This document shows, in pieces, positions 25,882-33,353 of a stretch of DNA of 33,353 nt (within the stretch, counting starts at the first letter, position 1; each line of letters opens with the position of its first letter). The position numbers and the translations under genes are program-made. The stretch is from Candidatus Nanopelagicales bacterium (lineage in GTDB: Bacteria > Actinomycetota > Actinomycetes > S36-B12). The notes beneath the pieces are model-generated. The model did not search any database. It was given only the letters and a program-made list of their open reading frames with translations, and was not told where the DNA came from. The DNA lies in NCBI GenBank assembly GCA_044360385.1, contig JBIKKK010000003.1, positions 1-33,353 of the forward strand. The letters run 5' to 3'.

Positions 25882-25936
25882 GAGTGGCGGGTTATGCCAG
25901 CCGCGACGGCGTGTCGCGCTGCATAACCCGCCACTC
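25882..25936. terminator. Long hairpin (terminator or REP-like) between convergent genes
   Basis: Perfect 16-bp arms GAGTGGCGGGTTATGC / GCATAACCCGCCACTC plus inner CGCGAC/GTCGCG stem. Confidence 0.7.
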
Positions 25937-25962
25937 AACGAAGTGCGAGGACGGCAGTCCGT

Positions 25963-27336
25963 CTAGGCGGGGACCGTCGGGAGGTTGCTGAGCGCCGGAG
26001 CGAAGCGCTCGTCGGAGAGCGCCTCGTCGACCATGGATCCGGCGAGGTAGGACTCGTACGCCGCGAGATCGAAGTGTCCGTGTCCGCAGAGTGCCGTGAG
26101 GATCACCGTCTCCTCGCCCGTCTCCTTGGCCTGCTCTGCGAGTCGGATCGCCTGGGCGATGGCGTGGGTCGGCTCGGGCGCGGGCACGATGCCCTCCGAG
26201 CGCGCGAACTTCACGGCACCGGAGAAGCATTCCGTCTGCGGGATGGCCACGGCGTCCATGAGGCCAAGCTCATAAACGTGCGAGATGAGCGGCGCCATGC
26301 CGTGGTACCGCAGGCCACCGGCGTGAATGGGGTCGGGGATGAAGTCATGGCCGAGCGTGTGCATCTTCATCAGCGGGGTCATGCCCGCGGTGTCGCCGAA
26401 GTCGTAGGCGTACACGCCGCGCGTCAACGATGGGCACGACGCGGGCTCGACCGCAGTGATCTGCGGGTTGATCTTGCCCGCGAGCTTCTCGCGCAGGAAG
26501 GGGAAGGACAGGCCCGCAAAGTTGGAGCCACCGCCGGTGCAGCCCACGATGTGCGTCGGCGTATCCCCGGCCATCTGCAGCTGCAGCAGCGCTTCTTCGC
26601 CGATGACCGTCTGGTGCAGCAACACGTGGTTGAGCACCGAGCCGAGCGCGTATCGCGTGTCGGCATTCGTCGCGGCAACCTCGACGGCCTCGGAGATCGC
26701 GATGCCGAGCGAGCCGGACCAGTTGTTGGGGTCCTTCGCGAGCTCACGACCGATCGCGGTGACATCGGAGGGTGAGCGATGGATCGTGGCGCCGAAGGTC
26801 TCGATCATGAGCCGGCGGTAGGGCTTAGCGTCGTACGACGCACCGACCTGCCATACCTCGCACTCGAGGTCGTAGAGAGCACATGCGAAGGCGAGCGCCG
26901 TACCCCACTGGCCGGCTCCGGTCTCCGTGGTGAGCTTCTTGGTGCCTTCCTTCTTGTTGTAGTACGCCTGGGGCACCGAGGTATTGGGCTTGTGCGAGCC
27001 GGCGGGTGAGACGCCCTCGTACTTGTAATAGATGCGCGCGGGAGTGCCGAGCAGCTTCTCGAGGCGGTGCGCGCGGAAGAGGGGCGACGGACGCCATTGG
27101 CGGTAGACATCGAGTACGCCGCCAGGAATCTCGACGTACCTCTCACCGGTCACCTCTTGCATGATGAGGTCCATCGGGAAGAGCGGCGCGAGATCGTCGG
27201 GTCCGACAGGATCCATGCGTCCGGGGTGCAGCGGCGGCGGCGGCGGTGAGGGTAGGTCCGCGACCAGGTTGTACCAGGTTGTGGGCATCTGATCTTCGGT
27301 GAGCACGTACTTGTGCTGCTGCACGGTGTCGTCCAT
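25963..27336 (-). CDS. trpB2: TrpB-like PLP enzyme (tryptophan synthase beta type 2)
   Basis: WYNL, WRPSPL.RA, GSHKPNT, TTETGAGQWG, GSLGIAISEA, LGSVLNHV, GGGSNF, IHAGGLRYHG, PAPE, CGHG; start MDDTVQ at 27336. Confidence 0.92.
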   Translation of the reverse strand: MDDTVQQHKYVLTEDQMPTTWYNLVADLPSPPPPPLHPGRMDPVGPDDLAPLFPMDLIMQEVTGERYVEIPGGVLDVYRQWRPSPLFRAHRLEKLLGTPARIYYKYEGVSPAGSHKPNTSVPQAYYNKKEGTKKLTTETGAGQWGTALAFACALYDLECEVWQVGASYDAKPYRRLMIETFGATIHRSPSDVTAIGRELAKDPNNWSGSLGIAISEAVEVAATNADTRYALGSVLNHVLLHQTVIGEEALLQLQMAGDTPTHIVGCTGGGSNFAGLSFPFLREKLAGKINPQITAVEPASCPSLTRGVYAYDFGDTAGMTPLMKMHTLGHDFIPDPIHAGGLRYHGMAPLISHVYELGLMDAVAIPQTECFSGAVKFARSEGIVPAPEPTHAIAQAIRLAEQAKETGEETVILTALCGHGHFDLAAYESYLAGSMVDEALSDERFAPALSNLPTVPA

Positions 27337-27433
27337 GTCTCCGCCTTCCGCAACGGCCGACGGGGACGCGGCGTCCCTGCCGGATGCCTGACCGGGATAG
27401 CCCGGGGTCTCGGACGGTACCCGACCTGGCAGC

Positions 27434-28378
27434 ATGGCGGGCGTGGTTTCGACAGGTCGCCCGGTGATCCCCATCCCGCAAGGAACGCGCCTGATCGCGT
27501 CTGACCTCGACGGCACCCTGCTGCTCTCCGACGGCTCGGTCGGCCGTCGGACCCGCGAGGTGCTCGACCGCCTGGCCGACAGCGAACTCGACCTCATCAT
27601 CGTCACCGGCCGCCCGCCGCGGTGGATCTCTCCGATCGTGGAGATGACCGGCCATCGCGGTGTCGGGATCGCGGCCAATGGCGCCGTGGTCCTCGACCTG
27701 GCGGACGGCCACGTCACCGAGGTCTTTCCGATGAGTGGCAACATCGCTCTCGAGGCCGTGGACCGCCTGCGCCAGGAGGTGCCGGGCATGGTCTTCGCGG
27801 TCGAGCGGGCGCGCCCCGGGGGCAAACTCGCGCCCACCGGCGGAGCGTCGTACGACGCACTCGATGCGACGCTCGCCGATGCGACCGAATTTGCCCTGGC
27901 CGACGGCTACACCCCGCGTTGGCCGGTGCCCCCCGAGACGCATGTCGGTCCGATCGAGGAACTCGTGGCTGCCGGTGACGTCGTCAAGATCCTGGCGCGG
28001 CCCGGGAAGGGTGCACCTATGGATCCCGAGGACCTCTATGCCCGCGGACTCCGTGCAGTCGGACCCCTGGCCGAGGTCACGCACTCGGGCTACGGCGATT
28101 CACTCATCGAGTTGAGTGCGCCCGGAGTCACGAAGGCGACGACCCTCGCACGTGTGGCTGCCGCGGAGGGGCACGGACCCCTGCACGTCGTGGCGGCAGG
28201 TGACGGTCCCAATGATCTGCCGATGCTGGCCTGGGCGGGCACGTCATACGCCATGGCCAATGCCCACCCCGAGGTCCTCGACCTCGCGACGCATGTGCTG
28301 CCGAGCAATGACGACGAGGGCGTGGCGGACCTGATCGAAGCGGTGCTCGACGAGCACGCGCGCGGCTTCACCGCCTGA
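27434..28378 (+). CDS. Cof-type HAD-IIB hydrolase
   Basis: ASDLDGTLL, VTGRP, ANGA, VTK, GDGPNDLPML, NDDEGVA. Start may be GTG 27443. Confidence 0.9.
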   Translation: MAGVVSTGRPVIPIPQGTRLIASDLDGTLLLSDGSVGRRTREVLDRLADSELDLIIVTGRPPRWISPIVEMTGHRGVGIAANGAVVLDLADGHVTEVFPMSGNIALEAVDRLRQEVPGMVFAVERARPGGKLAPTGGASYDALDATLADATEFALADGYTPRWPVPPETHVGPIEELVAAGDVVKILARPGKGAPMDPEDLYARGLRAVGPLAEVTHSGYGDSLIELSAPGVTKATTLARVAAAEGHGPLHVVAAGDGPNDLPMLAWAGTSYAMANAHPEVLDLATHVLPSNDDEGVADLIEAVLDEHARGFTA

Positions 28379-29345
28379 GGATGATCTTGCCGGTGACGCC
28401 GCCGGCCTCCAGTGCGCGGTGGGCATCGGCGGCGTCGACGAGCGGCATCACGCGATCGACGACGGGCCTGACGATGCCCGCTGCAATCCACGGCCACACG
28501 TGACGCTCGACCTGGGCGCAGATCTCGGCCTTCTGCTCCGGCGTCCGCCCGCGCAGGGTCGTCGCGTGGACGGTGCCGTTGCGCCGCAGGAGTGAGCCGA
28601 GGTCGATCTCAGCCTTGACGCCACCCTGCATGCCAATGACGACGAGACGGCCGCCCGGGGCGAGGGAGGAGATGTTGCGCTCGAGGTACTTCGCCGCCAT
28701 GTTGTCGAGGATTACGTCCACACCGCGTCCCCCGGTCTCTGTGGCGATCGCCTCGACGAAGTCCTGCTCGCGATAGTTGATGAGGACCTCGGCCCCGAGT
28801 GCCTCGCATGTCGCGAGCTTGTCCGCGGACCCCGCAGTGACGGCGACTCGGGCTCCGAGAGCACGCGCGACCTGGATGGCCATGGTCCCGATGCCGCTGC
28901 CGCCACCGTGGATGAGCAGCCATTCACCGCGCTGCAGGTGGGCCGTCATGACGAGGTTGGACCACACCGTGCACGCGACCTCGGGCAGGCCTGCCGCGGT
29001 GATGAGGTCGACGCCGGCAGGGATCGGCATGGCCTGACCGGCGGGCAGGGCGACCCGCTCGGCGTACCCGCCGCCGGAGAGAAGGCAGCAGACCTCGTCC
29101 CCGACGGCGAGAGAGGTGACACCGGCTCCCAGCTCGGCGACGGTGCCGGAGCACTCCAGGCCGAGCCACTCGGGCGCTCCCGGGGGTGGAGGATAAAGGC
29201 CCTGACGCTGCATGAGGTCCGCGCGATTGACCGCTGCCGCGGCGACATCGACCACGATCTCGCCCGGCCCCGCGACAGGATCCGGCACCGCTTGCCAGGA
29301 GAGCACCTCTGGGTCACCGGGCTGGGTGACGACGATGGCGTGCAC
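28368..29345 (-). CDS. NAD(P)H-quinone oxidoreductase (PIG3/zeta-crystallin family)
   Basis: VNRADLMQRQGLYPPPPG, GLECSG, GGGYAE, HGGGSGIG, GKIIL; start GTG 29345. Confidence 0.92.
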   Translation of the reverse strand: MHAIVVTQPGDPEVLSWQAVPDPVAGPGEIVVDVAAAAVNRADLMQRQGLYPPPPGAPEWLGLECSGTVAELGAGVTSLAVGDEVCCLLSGGGYAERVALPAGQAMPIPAGVDLITAAGLPEVACTVWSNLVMTAHLQRGEWLLIHGGGSGIGTMAIQVARALGARVAVTAGSADKLATCEALGAEVLINYREQDFVEAIATETGGRGVDVILDNMAAKYLERNISSLAPGGRLVVIGMQGGVKAEIDLGSLLRRNGTVHATTLRGRTPEQKAEICAQVERHVWPWIAAGIVRPVVDRVMPLVDAADAHRALEAGGVTGKIILRR

Positions 29346-29346
29346 G

Positions 29347-30447
29347 TCAGGAGGCCGGGGGCGGGGTGACGCTGTAGCCGTTGTTCTCCGTGTGGCGGAT
29401 GACGACCAGTTGGTCACCCTTCTGCAGGATCCTGATATCGCTTGTGTCGAAGCGATGAACGACGTCATCGCGGATGACGGCAAGAACGATCTCTCCGGAT
29501 GCGTCTATCTCCGCTGGCGAGATGCCGAGCTCTTCCTTGGTGATGTCGCGCTGCACGACCTCAAGGCCGCGACCCGAGTCGAGCAGGTCCTCCATGAGCG
29601 TGCCGGCCACGGGGGAGATGAGCGACAGTGCCATGAGGTGGCCGGCCGACTCCGCCGTGGGGATGACGCTGCTGGCACCGGATTGGCGCAGGATCTGTGC
29701 ATTCGCGGCCTCGCGCGCGGCGGCGACGATCTCGGCCTTCGGTGCCAGGCGTCGCGCTGTGAGCGTGACGAGCACGGAGGTGTCGTCCTCGTCGGTGGCC
29801 ACGATGATCTTGGAAGCGCGCTCGGTGGCTGCGTCGCGCAGGACATCCTCCCGACGTGCGTCGCCGAGCACTCCGGCCAGGCCCATGCGGTTGGCGTCCT
29901 GCACGGCTGTCTTGTCCATGCTCACCACGACGATGGAGAGGGGTGACATCCCGCTCTCCAGGAGCATGCGTGCCGCGGAGCGGCCCTTGACGCCGAATCC
30001 GACGATGACGGTGTGGTCTTCCACGCGCTGCCTCCAGCGGTTTGTGCGGATCTCATTGCGTGTCTTCTTGGTGAGGACCTCGATGGTCGTGCCGACGAGC
30101 ACGATGAGGAAGATGAAGCGCAACGGCGTGATCACCAGGATGTTGACCACACGCGCGGACTCGCAGACAGGGACGATGTCGCCGTATCCCGTGGTGGAAA
30201 GACTGACGGTCGCGTAGTAGAAGGCGTCGACCCAGGTGATGCCGCCGATCTCGCCTCGGTCGGCGTAGCAGTCGCCCTCGAGGTAGACGATCACGGCGGC
30301 GATGACCAGTGCCCCCACGGCGATGAGGACACGGACGAGGATGTTGCGGGATGGGCTCCACGGCCTGCTCGGGAGCAGGATCCGCGCGGTCAGCGCCTCG
30401 GGGTCATCGTCGCCGGCGAGGGTGCGCTGGCGCCTTCTATCGGCCAC
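29347..30447 (-). CDS. Potassium channel with TrkA-N (RCK) domain
   Basis: Filter STTGYGD between two TMs; VGFGVKG Rossmann motif, GDA. Confidence 0.92.
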   Translation of the reverse strand: MADRRRQRTLAGDDDPEALTARILLPSRPWSPSRNILVRVLIAVGALVIAAVIVYLEGDCYADRGEIGGITWVDAFYYATVSLSTTGYGDIVPVCESARVVNILVITPLRFIFLIVLVGTTIEVLTKKTRNEIRTNRWRQRVEDHTVIVGFGVKGRSAARMLLESGMSPLSIVVVSMDKTAVQDANRMGLAGVLGDARREDVLRDAATERASKIIVATDEDDTSVLVTLTARRLAPKAEIVAAAREAANAQILRQSGASSVIPTAESAGHLMALSLISPVAGTLMEDLLDSGRGLEVVQRDITKEELGISPAEIDASGEIVLAVIRDDVVHRFDTSDIRILQKGDQLVVIRHTENNGYSVTPPPAS

Positions 30448-30458
30448 GTCTCCTGACG

Positions 30459-31670
30459 CTAGCGGACGATAGGCACGGGTAGGAGCGTGACGCGACTCCC
30501 GGCGAGCCCACCCGATGGGGGGATCATCGCGAGAGCGTCCGCCAGGGCCAGGCTGCGGAGCATCGCTGGGCCATCGAAGCGAAGCGGGCGGGCCCGACCC
30601 TCCTCGACGAGCACCGGGATGATCCGCGTGTCGTGCGGATGGCTCGTGACGTCGACACCGAGCACGACCTCGAGTTCGTCGAGGGGCACCCCGCGCATGG
30701 CGGCGATGACAGGCGCGGCAAGGGTGACGAGGCCACTCACGGCTGCCAGCGGATTACCGGGCAGCCCCACGACGGGGCGGCCGTCGGGGAGGACGGCGAG
30801 GAGCATGGGGTGACCGGGGCGCACCTGTACGCCGTCGACGATCCAGCGGGCGCCGAGATGATCGAGCACGTCGTGCACGAAGTCGACGGGGCCGGCCGCG
30901 GTAGAGCCTGTCGTCACGATGACATCGGCGGTCGAATCCTCGATCTCGTCGAGTAGCGCCTGCCGAGTGTCGGGGACACGAATCGGAGGGTTGGCGCGTG
31001 CGCCCAGGTCGGCGAGCCACGGAGGCACCAGGGGACTGAGTGCGTCGCGCACGCGGCCCGGGCGTGGCAGGCCTCGCTCAAGGAGTTCATCGCCGAGCAC
31101 GAGCACCGCGACCGTGGGCGGAGGGATCACCTCGAGCGAGTCGTAGCCGGCGGCTGCGGCAAGACCGAGCATGGCCGGCGTGACGACAGATCCCGCTGGC
31201 ACGAGTGGCTCGCCTGCAGCGCACTCCTCACCGCGAGGGCGCACGTCGGTGCCCGGGGGTAGCGACGTGCCAGTGTCGTCGGGCAATCCGGTGAGCGGAT
31301 CGAGTGGGAAGAGTCGATTGCCGTGCAGTGCGGTCTCGATTCCGGCCTGCTCTGTGCGCAGCACGGCGTCGCATCCTTCGGGGAGTGCGGCGCCGGTGGC
31401 GATGGCGACGGCCGTGCCGGAGTCGAGGCGGGTGAGTGCTTCATCACCTGCACGGAGATCCGTGCTGGAGAGCAGCCAGGGGCTCGCTCCGGCGACGGCG
31501 TAGCCATCCATCGCGGCGGAGTCGAAGGCAGGCAGGTCGGTGAGTGCCGCGATCGGCGAGGCAAGTGCGCATCCGAGCGCGGCCTCGAGTCGCACGGCCA
31601 CCGGATCTAGGGGACGCGCTGCCGCTGCTGCGACGCGACGTGCCTGGTCCCAGGGGAGTGCGGTACTCAC
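30459..31670 (-). CDS. moeA: Molybdopterin molybdotransferase MoeA family
   Basis: PAFDSAAMDGYAV, IATGA, GDEL, TTGS, RPGHP, GLPGNP. Confidence 0.88.
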   Translation of the reverse strand: MSTALPWDQARRVAAAAARPLDPVAVRLEAALGCALASPIAALTDLPAFDSAAMDGYAVAGASPWLLSSTDLRAGDEALTRLDSGTAVAIATGAALPEGCDAVLRTEQAGIETALHGNRLFPLDPLTGLPDDTGTSLPPGTDVRPRGEECAAGEPLVPAGSVVTPAMLGLAAAAGYDSLEVIPPPTVAVLVLGDELLERGLPRPGRVRDALSPLVPPWLADLGARANPPIRVPDTRQALLDEIEDSTADVIVTTGSTAAGPVDFVHDVLDHLGARWIVDGVQVRPGHPMLLAVLPDGRPVVGLPGNPLAAVSGLVTLAAPVIAAMRGVPLDELEVVLGVDVTSHPHDTRIIPVLVEEGRARPLRFDGPAMLRSLALADALAMIPPSGGLAGSRVTLLPVPIVR

Positions 31671-31800
31671 GTCTTCAGGGTGCCACCGCGGCCTCGGCGA
31701 GGGCTGCCGACTCTCCGTGAGGCCGGCGCTGCTTCGTGGAGGGGAGGTTGCACCTCCAGGCGATCGCGGAACCGCTGTTTGGACGGCCCAGCCCCGACAC

Positions 31801-31856
31801 TTTTCGCCAGTTATCGGGACTTCCGAGCGTTAGGAAGTCGCGATAACTGGCGAAAA
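31801..31856. repeat. REP-like 56-bp palindrome, copy C (best preserved)
   Basis: 24-bp arms TTTTCGCCAGTTATCGGGACTTCC / GGAAGTCGCGATAACTGGCGAAAA with one mismatch and an 8-nt loop. Confidence 0.8.
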
Positions 31857-32040
31857 CGGGTGGGCCCAGGGAGATGCGGAGGCTTTACCCGGGCCTTACC
31901 TCTCCTTGGCCTCCCCCTGCCGCGGCGGTTTCCTAGACGAAGACAAGGAGCCGCGGTCTGGCGGGGGTCGGCAGTGACGCCCCGACCGGCTCGGCCGTGA
32001 AGAAACGGCGGCCTGCGCCTGTGCACCCAGTGGCCGGCGG

Positions 32041-32310
32041 TCAGCCGCGATGCAGGCCGAGGTCCCACTCCCCGCTGAGGCGCATGAGTGCGTGAGCCGC
32101 TTCGTTGAGCTTGTCGTCCCCGGCCTTGGCAACGGCGTACCCGAGCAGGAACGTCGTAATCGGAGCGGCCGGCCGATCCACCGCATGTGCGGCATCGCGG
32201 GCGACATCGAGGAGGAGTTGGGCGTCGACCTCGGGGATGTCGATGCCGAGATCGGTCGCCAGGGCGGCGCGGGCGACGGAGGTCCACTGGCTGAGCGGGT
32301 CGTGAGTCAT
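32041..32310 (-). CDS. DUF6457-like small protein (resembles C-terminal domain of actinobacterial MobA-like proteins)
   Basis: LLDVARDAAHAVDRPAAPITTFLLGYA; upstream of moeA. Confidence 0.8.
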   Translation of the reverse strand: MTHDPLSQWTSVARAALATDLGIDIPEVDAQLLLDVARDAAHAVDRPAAPITTFLLGYAVAKAGDDKLNEAAHALMRLSGEWDLGLHRG

Positions 32311-32342
32311 GTCCCCCATCCTCCCTGACGGCGCCCGGTGCC

Positions 32343-32391
32343 CCATGGACTTGACGTCTCTGTCAAGTTGACGTTAGTGTCAAGTCCATGG
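32343..32391. promoter_or_regulatory. Tandem TTGAC-N6-GTCAA operator boxes overlapping the carboxylase promoter
   Basis: Boxes at 32351-32366 and 32368-32383; outer inverted repeat CCATGGACTTGAC/GTCAAGTCCATGG; -35 TTGACG (32351) and -10 TAGTGT (32375) are 18 bp apart. Confidence 0.7.
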
Positions 32392-33353
32392 CGCCCGTCC
32401 TGCGCTCCCGCCTCGATCCCGCCGTCACGGCGGCCAATCGCGAGGCCATGCTCGGATCCCTCGCCGAGATCGACACCCTGCTGGCCAAAGTGGTCGCAGG
32501 CGGTGGCAGCAGCGACCCGGACAAGAACGCGCGCACCGTCGCGCGCCACCGCGGTCGCGGCAAGCTGCTCCCGCGCGAGCGCATCAACCTCCTACTCGAT
32601 CGCGGCTCGCCCTTCCTCGAGCTCAGCCCGCTCGCCGGCTGGGGCACCGACGATCCGCTGGGAGGAGGCGTCGTCACCGGCATCGGCCGCGTGCACGGCA
32701 CCGAGTGCATGGTCGTTGCCAACGATCCGACCGTGAAGGGCGGATCCCAAGGACCGACATCGGTCGCCAAGGGCTTGCGCGCCATGGAGATCGCGCGCAT
32801 CAATCGATTGCCGCTGGTGAGCCTGACGGAGTCCGGCGGCGCGGACCTGCCGAAGCAGGCCGAGATCTTCGTGCCCGGTGGTGCGAGCTTCAAAAACCTC
32901 ACGCAGCTCTCTGCCGCTGGCATCCCCACGGTCACGCTGGTCTTCGGCAGCAGCACGGCGGGCGGCGCCTACGTGCCCGGCATGAGCGATTACGTCGTCC
33001 TGCAGAAGGACGCTGCTCGCGTCTACCTCGGCGGCCCGCCGCTGGTGAAGATGGCCATCGACGAGGACGCCAACGAGGAGGATCTCGGCGGTGCCGAGAT
33101 GCACGCGCGCACCTCGGGCCTCGCCGACTACCTCGCGCTCGACGAGCCCGATGCCCTGCGCATCGGCAGGCAGATCGTGGAGCACCTGCGCTGGAGCAAG
33201 GCCGGTCCCGGACCGGATCGCGCACCCGTCCCTCCGGCCTACGACCCCGAGGAACTGCTCGGCATCCCCAGTGCCGACGTGCGCCAGCCCTTCGAGGCGC
33301 GCGAGGTGCTCGCCCGCATCCTCGATGGCAGCGAGTTCGAGGAGTTCAAGCCG
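32388..33353 (+). CDS. Acyl-CoA carboxylase beta subunit (methylcrotonyl/geranyl-CoA type), 3'-truncated by window
   Basis: Not in the ORF track because there is no stop in the window. Translates MAPVLRSRLD...RGKLLPRERINLLLDRGSPFLELSPLAG, ANDPTVKGG, ESGGADL, STAGGAYVPGMSD, LGGAEMH. Confidence 0.92.
   Translation, partial: MAPVLRSRLDPAVTAANREAMLGSLAEIDTLLAKVVAGGGSSDPDKNARTVARHRGRGKLLPRERINLLLDRGSPFLELSPLAGWGTDDPLGGGVVTGIGRVHGTECMVVANDPTVKGGSQGPTSVAKGLRAMEIARINRLPLVSLTESGGADLPKQAEIFVPGGASFKNLTQLSAAGIPTVTLVFGSSTAGGAYVPGMSDYVVLQKDAARVYLGGPPLVKMAIDEDANEEDLGGAEMHARTSGLADYLALDEPDALRIGRQIVEHLRWSKAGPGPDRAPVPPAYDPEELLGIPSADVRQPFEAREVLARILDGSEFEEFKP

Noticed and set aside
27337-27837. N-terminal extension of TrpB2 in the ORF track
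   Set aside because: Overlaps the divergent HAD gene; an SD-like GGAGG precedes ATG 27336.
31671-32040. Moco riboswitch upstream of moeA
   Set aside because: No recognisable Moco RNA core by eye, and moeA has a candidate leaderless promoter (CACCCT-N6-GTG).

Overview
High-GC actinobacterial chromosome segment of about 35 genes, mostly housekeeping or metabolic: LysR regulator, esterase, MenJ-like reductase, CoA transferase, rfbB, POT transporter, serS, TrpB2, HAD hydrolase, quinone oxidoreductase, K+ channel, MoeA, acyl-CoA carboxylase beta. Many genes appear leaderless (TANNNT-N6-start). No rRNA, tRNA, CRISPR array or transposase was seen. The best candidate for an undescribed system is at 9935-11792. 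A His/Met-rich membrane leader ORF ends in an RAPP-like arrest motif (RRGPP). Its last codons can base-pair into a four-helix mRNA structure that hides the Shine-Dalgarno site of the downstream copper genes ycnI-copC. This suggests a copper-sensing ribosome-stalling switch in Actinobacteria. Other points of interest: a 5'-truncated tandem Cas4/AddB-like Fe-S nuclease with an SSB-like acidic IPF tail at the left edge, an enlarged c-di-AMP riboswitch before an NlpC/P60 gene, a dispersed family of ~56-bp palindromes, a hidden pseudogene paralog of a secreted protein, and tandem operator boxes before the carboxylase. All family calls come from motif recognition by eye; no searches were run.
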